NCBI GenBank assembly: GCA_964016885.1
Contig: OZ024746.1
Location: forward strand, 38,874,001-38,938,000
DNA: 64,000 nt
Direction of reading: 5' to 3'
DNA from: Eledone cirrhosa
Lineage: Eukaryota
Below the pieces are notes generated by a model, which did no database searches, had not been told where the DNA came from, and was given only the letters and a program-made list of their open reading frames with translations. Both the position numbers and the translations under genes were made by a program. This document shows positions 52,401 through 64,000 of the stretch, one piece after another. How positions within the stretch are numbered: position 1 is the stretch's first letter; the number at the start of each line of letters is the position of its first letter.

Positions 52401-55400
52401 AGTTATGTAAGATCCTGGTGTCAACATATGTCAAACACTATGTACATTTCAGTGACCAAGTTATGTAAGATCCTGGTGTCAACATATGTCAAACACTAAG
52501 TACATTTCAGTGACCAAGTTATGTAAGATCCTGGTGTCAACATATGTCAAACACTATATACATTTCAGTGACCAAGTTATGTAAGATCCTGGTGTCAACA
52601 TATGTCAAACACTAAGTACATTTCAGTGACCAAGTTATGTAAGATCCTGGTGTCAACATATGTCAAACACTATGTACATTTCAGTGACCAAGTTATGTAA
52701 GATCCTGGTGTCAACATATGTCAAACACTAAGTACATTTCAGTGACCAAGTTATGTAAGCTCCTGGTGTCAACATATGTCAAACACTATATACATTTAAG
52801 TGACCAAATTATGTAAGCTCCTGGTGTCAACATATGTCAAACACTATGTACATTTCAGTGACCAAGTTATGTAAGATCCTGGTGTCAACATATGTCAAAC
52901 ACTATGTACATTTAAGTGACCAAGTTATGTAAGCTCCTGGTGTCAACATATGTCAAACACTATATATATTTCAGTGACCAAGTTATGTAAGATCCTGGTG
53001 TCAACATATGTCAAACACTATATACATTTCAGTGACCAAGTTATGTAAGATCTTGGTGTCAACATATGTCAAACACTATGTACATTTCAGTGACCAAGTT
53101 ATGTAAGATCCTGGTGTCAACATATGTCAAACACTATGTACATTTAAGTGACCAAGTTATGTAAGATCCAGGTGTCAACATATGTCAAACACTATATACA
53201 TTTCAGTGACCAAGTTATGTAAGAACCTGGTGTCAACATATGTCAAACACTATATACATTTCAGTGACCAAGTTATGTAAGATCCTGGTGTCAACATATG
53301 TCAAACACTATATACATTTCAGTGACCAAGTTATGTAAGATCCAGGTGTCAACATATGTCAAACACTAAATACATTTCAGTGACCAAGTTATGTAAGATC
53401 CTGGTGTCAACATATGTCAAACACTATATACATTTAAGTGACCAAGTTATGTAAGATCCAGGTGTCAACATATGTCAAACACTATATACATTTCAGTGAC
53501 CAAGTTATGTAAGCTCCTGGTGTCAACATATGTCAAACACTATATACATTTAAGTGACCAAGTTATGTAAGATCCTGGTGTCAACATATGTCAAACACTA
53601 TATACATTTAAGTGACCAAGTTATGTAAGCTCCTGGTGTCAACATATGTCAAACACTATATACATTTCAGTGACCAAGTTATGTAAGCTCCTGGTGTCAA
53701 CATATGTCAAACACTATATACATTTAAGTGACCAAGTTATGTAAGATCCTGGTGTCAACATATGTCAAATACTATATACATTTCAGTGACCAAGTTATGT
53801 AAGATCCTGGTGTCAACATATGTCAAACACTATGTACATTTCAGTGACCAAGTTATGTAAGCTCCTGGTGTAAACATATGTCAAACACTATATACATTTC
53901 AGTGACCAAGTTATGTAAGATCCTGGTGTCAACATATGTCAAACACTATATACATTTCAGTGACCAAGTTATGTAAGCTCCTGGTGTCAACATATGTCAA
54001 ACACTATATACATTTCAGTGACCAAGTTATGTAAGCTCCTGGTGTCAACATATGTCAAACACTATATACATTTCAGTGACCAAGTTATGTAAGCTCCTGG
54101 TGTCAACATATGTCAAACACTATATACATTTCAGTGACCAAGTTATGTAAGATCCTGGTGTCAACATATGTCAAACACTATATACATTTCAGTGACCAAG
54201 TTATGTAAGCTCCTGGTGTCAACATATGTCAAACACTATATACATTTCAGTGACCAAGTTATGTAAGCTCCTGGTGTCAACATATGTCAAACACTATATA
54301 CATTTCAGTGACCAAGTTATGTAAGCTCCTGGTGTAAACATATGTCAAACACTATATACATTTCAGTGACCAAGTTATGTAAGATCCTGGTGTCAACATA
54401 TGTCAAACACTATATACATTTCAGTGACCAAGTTATGTAAGCTCCTGGTGTCAACATATGTCAAACACTATATACATTTCAGTGACCAAGTTATGTAAGC
54501 TCCTGGTGTCAACATATGTCAAACACTATATACATTTCAGTGACCAAGTTATGTAAGCTCCTGGTGTCAACATATGTCAAACACTATATACATTTCAGTG
54601 ACCAAGTTATGTAAGATCCTGGTGTCAACATATGTCAAACACTATATACATTTCAGTGACCAAGTTATGTAAGATCCTGGTGTCAACATATGTCAAACAC
54701 TATATACATTTCAGTGACCAAGTTATGTAAGATCCTGGTGTCAACATATGTCAAACACTATGTACATTTCAGTGACCAAGTTATGTAAGATCCAGGTGTC
54801 AACATATGTCAAACACTATGTACATTTCAGTGACCAAGTTATGTAAGATCTGGTGTCAACATATGTCAAACACTATATACATTTCAGTGACCAAGTTATG
54901 TAAGAACCTGGTGTCAACATATGTCAAACACTATGTACATTTCAGTGACCAAGTTATGTAAGATCTGGTGTCAACATATGTCAAACACTATATACATTTC
55001 AGTGACCAAGTTATGTAAGATCTGGTGTCAACATATGTCAAACACTATATACATTTCAGTGACCAAGTTATGTAAGAACCTGGTGTCAACATATGTCAAA
55101 CACTATATACATTTCAGTGACCAAGTTATGTAAGATCCTGGTGTCAACATATGTCAAACACTATGTACATTTCAGTGACCAAGTTATGTAAGATCCTGGT
55201 GTCAACATATGTCAAACACTATGTACATTTCAGTGACCAAGTTATGTAAGATCCTGGTGTCAACATATGTCAAACACTAAGTACATTTCAGTGACCAAGT
55301 TATGTAAGATCCTGGTGTCAACATATGTCAAACACTATATACATTTCAGTGACCAAGTTATGTAAGATCCTGGTGTCAACATATGTCAAACACTAAGTAC

Positions 55401-58400
55401 ATTTCAGTGACCAAGTTATGTAAGATCCTGGTGTCAACATATGTCAAACACTATGTACATTTCAGTGACCAAGTTATGTAAGATCCTGGTGTCAACATAT
55501 GTCAAACACTAAGTACATTTCAGTGACCAAGTTATGTAAGCTCCTGGTGTCAACATATGTCAAACACTATATACATTTAAGTGACCAAATTATGTAAGCT
55601 CCTGGTGTCAACATATGTCAAACACTATGTACATTTCAGTGACCAAGTTATGTAAGATCCTGGTGTCAACATATGTCAAACACTATGTACATTTAAGTGA
55701 CCAAGTTATGTAAGCTCCTGGTGTCAACATATGTCAAACACTATATATATTTCAGTGACCAAGTTATGTAAGATCCTGGTGTCAACATATGTCAAACACT
55801 ATATACATTTCAGTGACCAAGTTATGTAAGATCTTGGTGTCAACATATGTCAAACACTATGTACATTTCAGTGACCAAGTTATGTAAGATCCTGGTGTCA
55901 ACATATGTCAAACACTATGTACATTTAAGTGACCAAGTTATGTAAGATCCAGGTGTCAACATATGTCAAACACTATATACATTTCAGTGACCAAGTTATG
56001 TAAGAACCTGGTGTCAACATATGTCAAACACTATATACATTTCAGTGACCAAGTTATGTAAGATCCTGGTGTCAACATATGTCAAACACTATATACATTT
56101 CAGTGACCAAGTTATGTAAGATCCAGGTGTCAACATATGTCAAACACTAAATACATTTCAGTGACCAAGTTATGTAAGATCCTGGTGTCAACATATGTCA
56201 AACACTATATACATTTAAGTGACCAAGTTATGTAAGATCCAGGTGTCAACATATGTCAAACACTATATACATTTCAGTGACCAAGTTATGTAAGCTCCTG
56301 GTGTCAACATATGTCAAACACTATATACATTTAAGTGACCAAGTTATGTAAGATCCTGGTGTCAACATATGTCAAACACTATATACATTTAAGTGACCAA
56401 GTTATGTAAGCTCCTGGTGTCAACATATGTCAAACACTATATACATTTCAGTGACCAAGTTATGTAAGCTCCTGGTGTCAACATATGTCAAACACTATAT
56501 ACATTTAAGTGACCAAGTTATGTAAGATCCTGGTGTCAACATATGTCAAATACTATATACATTTCAGTGACCAAGTTATGTAAGATCCTGGTGTCAACAT
56601 ATGTCAAACACTATGTACATTTCAGTGACCAAGTTATGTAAGCTCCTGGTGTAAACATATGTCAAACACTATATACATTTCAGTGACCAAGTTATGTAAG
56701 ATCCTGGTGTCAACATATGTCAAACACTATATACATTTCAGTGACCAAGTTATGTAAGCTCCTGGTGTCAACATATGTCAAACACTATATACATTTCAGT
56801 GACCAAGTTATGTAAGCTCCTGGTGTCAACATATGTCAAACACTATATACATTTCAGTGACCAAGTTATGTAAGCTCCTGGTGTCAACATATGTCAAACA
56901 CTATATACATTTCAGTGACCAAGTTATGTAAGATCCTGGTGTCAACATATGTCAAACACTATATACATTTCAGTGACCAAGTTATGTAAGATCCTGGTGT
57001 CAACATATGTCAAACACTATATACATTTCAGTGACCAAGTTATGTAAGATCCTGGTGTCAACATATGTCAAACACTATGTACATTTCAGTGACCAAGTTA
57101 TGTAAGATCATGGTGTCAACATATGTCAAACACTATGTACATTTCAGTGACCAAGTTATGTAAGATCCTGGTGTCAACATATGTCAAACACTATGTACAT
57201 TTCAGCGACCAAGTTATGTAAGATCCTGGTGTCAACATATGTCAAACACTATGTACATTTCAGTGACCAACTTATGTAAGATCCTGGTGTCAACATATGT
57301 CAAACACTATGTACATTTAAGTGACCAAGTTATGTAAGATCCAGGTGTCAACATATGTCAAACACTATATACATTTCAGTGACCAAGTTATGTAAGAACC
57401 TGGTGTCAACATATGTCAAACACTATATACATTTCAGTGACCAAGTTATGTAAGATCCTGGTGTCAACATATGTCAAACACTATATACATTTCAGTGACC
57501 AAGTTATGTAAGCTCCTGGTGTCAACATATGTCAAACACTATGTACATTTCAGTGACCAAGTTATGTAAGATCCTGGTGTCAACATATGTCAAACACTAT
57601 ATACATTTCAGTGACCAAGTTATGTAAGCTCCTGGTGTCAACATATGTCAAACACTATATACATTTCAGTGACCAAGTTATGTAAGATCCTGGTGTCAAC
57701 ATATGTCAAACACTATATACATTTCAGTGACCAAGTTATGTAAGTTCCTGGTGTCAACATATGTCAAACACTATATACATTTCAGTGACCAAGTTATGTA
57801 AGATCCTGGTGTCAACATATGTCAAACACTATATACATTTCAGTGACCAAGTTATGTAAAATCCTGGTGTCAACATATGTCAAACACTATATACATTTCA
57901 GTGACCAAGTTATGTAAGATCCTGGTGTCAACATATGTCAAACACTATGTACATTTCAGTGACCAAGTTATGTAAGATCATGGTGTCAACATATGTCAAA
58001 CACTATGTACATTTCAGTGACCAAGTTATGTAAGATCCTTGTGTCAACATATGTCAAACACTATGTACATTTCAGTGACCAACTTATGTAAGATCCTGGT
58101 GTCAACATATGTCAAACACTATATACATTTCAGTGACCAAGTTATGTAAGATCCTGGTGTCAACATATGTCAAACACTATGTACATTTCAGTGACCAAGT
58201 TATGTAAGATCCTGGTGTCAACATATGTCAAACACTATATACATTTCAGTGACCAAGTTATGTAAGATCTTGGTGTCAACATATGTCAAACACTATGTAC
58301 ATTTCAGTGACCAAGTTATGTAAGATCCTGGTGTCAACATATGTCAAACACTATGTACATTTAAGTGACCAAGTTATGTAAGATCCAGGTGTCAACATAT

Positions 58401-60137
58401 GTCAAACACTATATACATTTCAGTGACCAAGTTATGTAAGAACCTGGTGTCAACATATGTCAAACACTATATACATTTCAGTGACCAAGTTATGTAAGAT
58501 CCTGGTGTCAACATATGTCAAACACTATATACATTTCAGTGACCAAGTTATGTAAGATCCAGGTGTCAACATATGTCAAACACTAAATACATTTCAGTGA
58601 CCAAGTTATGTAAGATCCTGGTGTCAACATATGTCAAACACTAAGTACATTTCAGTGACCAAGTTATGTAAGATCCTGGTGTCAACATATGTCAAACACT
58701 ATATACATTTCAGTGACCAAGTTATGTAAGATCCTGGTGTCAACATATGTCAAACACTATGTACATTTCAGTGACCAAGTTATGTAAGATCCAGGTGTCA
58801 ACATATGTCAAACACTATGTACATTTCAGTGACCAAGTTATGTAAGATCTGGTGTCAACATATGTCAAACACTATATACATTTCAGTGACCAAGTTATGT
58901 AAGAACCTGGTGTCAACATATGTCAAACACTATATACATTTCAGTGACCAAGTTATGTAAGATCCTGGTGTCAACATATGTCAAACACTATGTACATTTC
59001 AGTGACCAAGTTATGTAAGATCCTGGTGTCAACATATGTCAAACACTATGTACATTTCAGTGACCAAGTTATGTAAGATCCTGGTGTCAACATATGTCAA
59101 ACACTAAGTACATTTCAGTGACCAAGTTATGTAAGATCCTGGTGTCAACATATGTCAAACACTATATACATTTCAGTGACCAAGTTATGTAAGATCCTGG
59201 TGTCAACATATGTCAAACACTAAGTACATTTCAGTGACCAAGTTATGTAAGATCCTGGTGTCAACATATGTCAAACACTATGTACATTTCAGTGACCAAG
59301 TTATGTAAGATCCTGGTGTCAACATATGTCAAACACTAAGTACATTTCAGTGACCAAGTTATGTAAGCTCCTGGTGTCAACATATGTCAAACACTATATA
59401 CATTTAAGTGACCAAATTATGTAAGCTCCTGGTGTCAACATATGTCAAACACTATGTACATTTCAGTGACCAAGTTATGTAAGATCCTGGTGTCAACATA
59501 TGTCAAACACTATGTACATTTAAGTGACCAAGTTATGTAAGCTCCTGGTGTCAACATATGTCAAACACTATATATATTTCAGTGACCAAGTTATGTAAGC
59601 TCCTGGTGTCAACATATGTCAAACACTATATACATTTCAGTGACCAAGTTATGTAAGATCCTGGTGTCAACATATGTCAAACACTAAGTACATTTCAGTG
59701 ACCATGTTATGTAAGCTCCTGGTATCAACATATGTCAAACACTATATACATTTCAGTGACCAAGTTATGTAAGATCCTGGTGTCAACATATGTCAAACAC
59801 TATGTACATTTAAGTGACCAAGTTATGTAAGCTCCTGGTGTCAACATATGTCAAACACTATATATATTTCAGTGACCAAGTTATGTAAGCTCCTGGTGTC
59901 AACATATGTCAAACACTATATACATTTCAGTGACCAAGTTATGTAAGATCCTGGTGTCAACATATGTCAAACACTAAGTACATTTCAGTGACCAAGTTAT
60001 GTAAGCTCCTGGTGTCAACATATGTCAAACACTCTATACATTTCAGTGACCAAGTTATGTAAGATCCAGGTGTCAACATATGTCAAACACTATATACATT
60101 TCAGTGACCAAGTTATGTAAGATCCAGGTGTCAACAT
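49475..60137. repeat. 58-bp tandem satellite, ~184 copies
   Basis: Unit CAAACACTATRTACATTTCAGTGACCAAGTTATGTAAGATCCTGGTGTCAACATATGT; the register shifts 2 nt per 60-nt line. Confidence 0.98.
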
Positions 60138-60145
60138 CAGGTGTT
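60086..60145 (-). ncRNA. hammerhead-like motif formed by the terminal satellite unit plus its flank
   Basis: AACAC-CTGATGT-TGACACCTGG..CTTGGTCACT-GAAA-TGTATA-TA-GTGTT. It has a 5-bp stem I, both core boxes (A9 changed to U), a near-palindromic stem III and an AUA triplet. Confidence 0.6.
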
Positions 60146-60287
60146 ATATAATAAAGGAATAATGGTAAACACAATCCAAGAGGCTATAAGAAAAGAAAGA
60201 AGAAAAAAAACAGAGAAAAATGTTTTTGACTCGAAGGCGATCAAGAGGGCCTGTTGTTGTCATATGTTGTTGTCTGTGTATATATAT

Positions 60288-60342
<55 letters not shown>

Positions 60343-60465
60343 TGTAGGTATTTGTATATATAAAACACATTTTTTTTTTGATACATATAGTGCACATATT
60401 CTAAAAACTAGGAAAAATATGGTACATGTACATATGGTATATAGATTTATATCTATATATATATA

Positions 60466-62547
60466 AAACCCAATAGAAGGACCAGCAGTGTTAGTCGAGT
60501 GGAGTATAATAAGTAAGGCAATCAAGGATATGAAGACGGGTAAGGCGGCTGGACCTTCGGAAATAGTTGCTGAGATGCTGAAGGCATCTGGCACGGTGGG
60601 ACACACCATGGTCACCCGCATAGTTAACCAAGTCGTACAGAATGGAGTTGTTCCGAAGGACTGGCATAGCAGCATCATCGTTAACTGTTATAAGGGTAAA
60701 GGAGATGCCCTAGATAGGAGTAACTATAGAGGCATTAAATTAATCGACCAGGTCATGAAGGTCACGGAAAAAGTAATAGCGCAACTAATCAGAGAGAGAA
60801 TTGACCTAGATGAAATGCAGTTCGGGTTTGTGTCAGGCAAAAGTACCACAGACGCTCTTTTCATTGTACGACAACTACAGGAGAAGTACCTAGCTAAAGG
60901 TAAACCCCTCTACTTAGCTTTTGTCGACTTGGAGAAAGCCTTCGACAGAGTCCCCCGCTCCATTATCTGGTGGGCTCTTAGAAAACTAGGCGTTGACGAA
61001 TGGCTTGTGAGGGCTATACAAGCCATGTATAAAGAAACAGTCAGCAAGGTTAGAATTAACAACGAATATAGTGAAGAGTTTAGCGTAAAAGTTGGCGTCC
61101 ATCAGGGCTCTGTTCTCAGCCCCCTACTATTTATTATTGCCCTTCAGGCTATAACAGAGGAGTTCAAGACCGGCTGCCCATGGGAACTCCTATACGCAGA
61201 CGACCTGACACTCATAGCGAAATCAATGGCCGAGCTAGAGAAGAAATTCCAAACATGGAAGCACGGCCTAGAGTCAAAAGGACTTAAAATTAACCTGGCT
61301 AAGACCAAAGTTCTAGTTTGTAGGAAAGAAAACAAGGCGGCGGTCCCTTCTGGGAAATGGTCGTGCTCGGTGTGTAGGAAAGGCGTAGGTAGAAACTCCA
61401 TTTTATGTCCTAAATGCAAAGTATGGGTACATAAAAGATGTAGTGGGATCACAGGTAAGCTAACTAAGAACATAGATTTTACATGTGGCCGGTGTTCTGA
61501 TGCAATAAGTAGCAGCAAGTGCCCACAAAATACTAGCTCTTTCAATTGCGCAGAGGGTTCTATAGAAATAGTGGACAGCTTCCGTTACCTGGGCGATAAA
61601 ATCAGCAGTGGGGGAGGGTGCTCTGAAAGTACTGTAGCTAGAGTCAGAACTGGTTGGAAAAAGTTCAGAGAGCTTATACCACTATTAGCTGCTAAAGGGT
61701 TCTCCCTAAAAATGAAAGGCAGGTTGTACGATGCCTGCATACGAACAGCAATGCTGCATGGCAGTGAGACCTGGGCATTGTGTGCAGAGGATATACGCAG
61801 ACTAGAGAGGAACGAAGCTTGCATGCTCCGCTGGATGTGTAACAGTAATATACGTGAACGGCAAAGCATAAACGAACTAAGGAAAAAATTAGAGATAAGA
61901 GGGATCAGATGTTGTTTACTCGAGAGAAGGCTACGTTGGTATGGACACGTGATGCGCATGAAAGTCGATAGCTGTATAACAAAGTGCAGGGCAATAAAGA
62001 TAGACGGTAGTCACGGAGTAGGCAGACCTAGAAAAACCTGGGACGAGCTGATAAACTCCGACATCACACACTTACACCTCTCCAAGACAATGTCACTGGA
62101 CCGAGACCTTTGGCGGTACTCAGTAACAGAGAAGACCCGCCTTACCTAAATATATAGTAAAACCTACTCCAGCCAGTAGGCATCTCTATCAAAATACACC
62201 CCGTCCCACCACCACCACCCCCACCCCATCCACACCACCCCGTTCTATGTAAAGTTATGTTGGTACTGCGCCATCCAGGCCGAAACAAATGAGATCGTGT
62301 AGGTGTCACGACAAAAAACACACAGTCCACGCTGTAATGTGGCCGTGTAGGCAACACGGTAAAAACCTCCCAGACCCACACTGTAAATGTGGTTGGTGTT
62401 AGGAAGGGCATCCAACTGTAGAAAACCTGCCAGACAGTCCTATGCGAGCAAGACAATCACTCTTGCCTCAAGTGGGACTACCCCCGTCCAAACCCATGCA
62501 AGCGTGGAACACGGACGTTAAACGTTGATGATGATGATGATGATGAT
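60466..62547 (+). mobile_element. 5'-truncated RTE-clade LINE with 3'UTR and (GAT)n tail
   Basis: RT motifs NYRGI, QFGF, FVDLEKAFDRV, GVHQGSVLSPLLF, YADD and FRYLG, plus RTE C-terminal RRLRWYGHV..GRP..TW. The endonuclease is missing. Confidence 0.95.
60488..62149 (+). CDS. partial RTE reverse-transcriptase ORF with embedded PHD-type finger
   Basis: 553 codons without a stop; C4HC3 pattern at ~61364-61495. There is no true start because the element is 5'-truncated. Confidence 0.75.
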   Translation: MLVEWSIISKAIKDMKTGKAAGPSEIVAEMLKASGTVGHTMVTRIVNQVVQNGVVPKDWHSSIIVNCYKGKGDALDRSNYRGIKLIDQVMKVTEKVIAQLIRERIDLDEMQFGFVSGKSTTDALFIVRQLQEKYLAKGKPLYLAFVDLEKAFDRVPRSIIWWALRKLGVDEWLVRAIQAMYKETVSKVRINNEYSEEFSVKVGVHQGSVLSPLLFIIALQAITEEFKTGCPWELLYADDLTLIAKSMAELEKKFQTWKHGLESKGLKINLAKTKVLVCRKENKAAVPSGKWSCSVCRKGVGRNSILCPKCKVWVHKRCSGITGKLTKNIDFTCGRCSDAISSSKCPQNTSSFNCAEGSIEIVDSFRYLGDKISSGGGCSESTVARVRTGWKKFRELIPLLAAKGFSLKMKGRLYDACIRTAMLHGSETWALCAEDIRRLERNEACMLRWMCNSNIRERQSINELRKKLEIRGIRCCLLERRLRWYGHVMRMKVDSCITKCRAIKIDGSHGVGRPRKTWDELINSDITHLHLSKTMSLDRDLWRYSVTEKTRLT

Positions 62548-62620
62548 AAGACAAATTTACATATGTGAGTTTATAGTAAACATACATTTCTAGCCATGGA
62601 AAGAAATGTAGTTATTGAGG

Positions 62621-63024
62621 TTAACCTCTTAACATCATGTCATGATTTAACAGAAAACATCTAAATACAGGTTTTTTAATTCACATGTTTATAATATATC
62701 TTTACTAGTAGTCAGATCACTGTTAAAATGTGCAGTAAATGCAGTAAGTCATGCAAAAAATAATGTAGTGTGTGAAGTTATGTATCAAGTCTTAGCATCC
62801 TGTAATGATTTAGCAGAAAATATCTAAAGATAAGCTTGTTAGTTCAAATGTCTATAGAATCTTTACTAGTGAACAGATTATTGTGAAAATTAAAGTAAAA
62901 TTAAAGTAAAATAAAACTAAAATAAACTCTAAATTGTTAATGTGATGCAGACATCATACTGTTTTGTACTATTCAAGTGTGTCTTGTTACTGAAGCTTCA
63001 CATGTACAGGACATTAAGAGTTAA
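62621..63024 (+). mobile_element. TTAA-bounded MITE family P2 (related partial copy at ~5360-5624)
   Basis: TTAACCTCTTAA ... TTAAGAGTTAA ends, with an internal duplication of ATGATTTA.CAGAAAA.ATCTAAA. Confidence 0.55.
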
Positions 63025-63274
63025 AAAAACATGGGATTTTTGTCTTTGTGTGGTAAAAAAGGGAGATTGACCTGACTAGTTTCAGTAGATTTGATCAGTG
63101 GTACTACTTGCTCATGAAAATAATGTGTAAATGACTGAACATTCCACAGACACATGTATTCTTAATAAAGCTGGACACTGTCTGATCTCTCACAATGCCA
63201 TTGCTATAACAAAAGCACTAAGTTCATCCTCTATGCTGATCTGGGGTCATAACAACAAAAACTCTGAGTCCATC

Positions 63275-63572
63275 CTGTAAGGTGGTCAGGTTGATGACAT
63301 GACAAAAAACACCCAGTCCACCTTGTTAAGTGGTCATTTCAGTGCAGTGATAAAAAGCACACAGTCCACACTGTAATGTGGTTGGCATTAGGAAGAAATC
63401 CAGCTGTAGAAACCAAGCCAAAATACAGATCCCTATGAACAGAACAAGACATGGTCCCCTGACCTGAATTGTCTCATAATATGACAATATGTGTAACCCA
63501 TCTAATCATGGAAAATGGGCAATAAATGATGATGCTGCTACTGCTAATAATAATGATGATGATGATGATGAT
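63275..63572 (+). mobile_element. old RTE 3'UTR-derived repeat
   Basis: Diverged match to the RTE tail, ending in GAT repeats. Confidence 0.65.
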
Positions 63573-64000
63573 GGCTGGCCCTTTAAATTACAGGTCTATC
63601 TGATTGGACTACCCGACAGTTTTCATCTACCCAGTTTCACCCACATGGCATGATTCAGCCTGGGGCTATAGTTAATGATATTTGTCCCAAAATGACAGGA
63701 AGGGGCATAGAACCCAGGACTTAATATTTGCAATACAAACTCCTTTACAGTTCAGCCATGCTGAGTTTTGAACTAAAAACCATCCCACTTCTTTCACTGT
63801 CTGATAAGACATTCCTCACATAGTCACAATGGCATCACAAAGGCTGGCTTCCCATTTGAAAGGAGGGAAATATTTAAAACATGAACAACAGCTAACTCTA
63901 TACAAAATAATATTGCACTATCTACTAGTTATACATACACATACACATACATACATGCACACACACACACACACATATATATAGATAGATAAATACATAT

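Noticed and set aside
49475-60137. CRISPR array
   Set aside because: There are no unique spacers and no cas genes; it is a pure tandem repeat in eukaryotic DNA.

Overview
AT-rich, repeat-saturated eukaryotic DNA. The SINE, LINE and microsatellite repertoire looks like a coleoid cephalopod (Octopus-like), which is my inference. One host coding exon is supported: a ~2.1-kb minus-strand exon (15086-12958) with a canonical acceptor and donor, encoding ~676 aa of low-complexity, probably disordered protein that I cannot name. The rest is mostly mobile or tandem DNA: a 5'-truncated R4/Dong-type LINE in a TAA tract, a 5'-truncated RTE LINE with an open RT+PHD ORF, CR1/CRE/RTE 3' fragments, an internally deleted mariner, hAT/Tc1/piggyBac-type MITEs, two tRNA-derived SINE families, minisatellites, and a 10.7-kb 58-bp satellite. 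The most striking observation is that the satellite monomer, read on the minus strand, looks like a hammerhead ribozyme (HHR) lacking its CUG and stem-I 5' arm. The terminal copy plus flank reconstitutes a near-complete minimal type-I hammerhead fold, and the opposite flank carries a downstream AATAAA. The array therefore appears to be an internal amplification inside a Penelope-like pseudo-LTR. Several other decayed hammerhead motifs and fold-back elements sit in (TA)n tracts. All calls are by eye; repeat boundaries are approximate.
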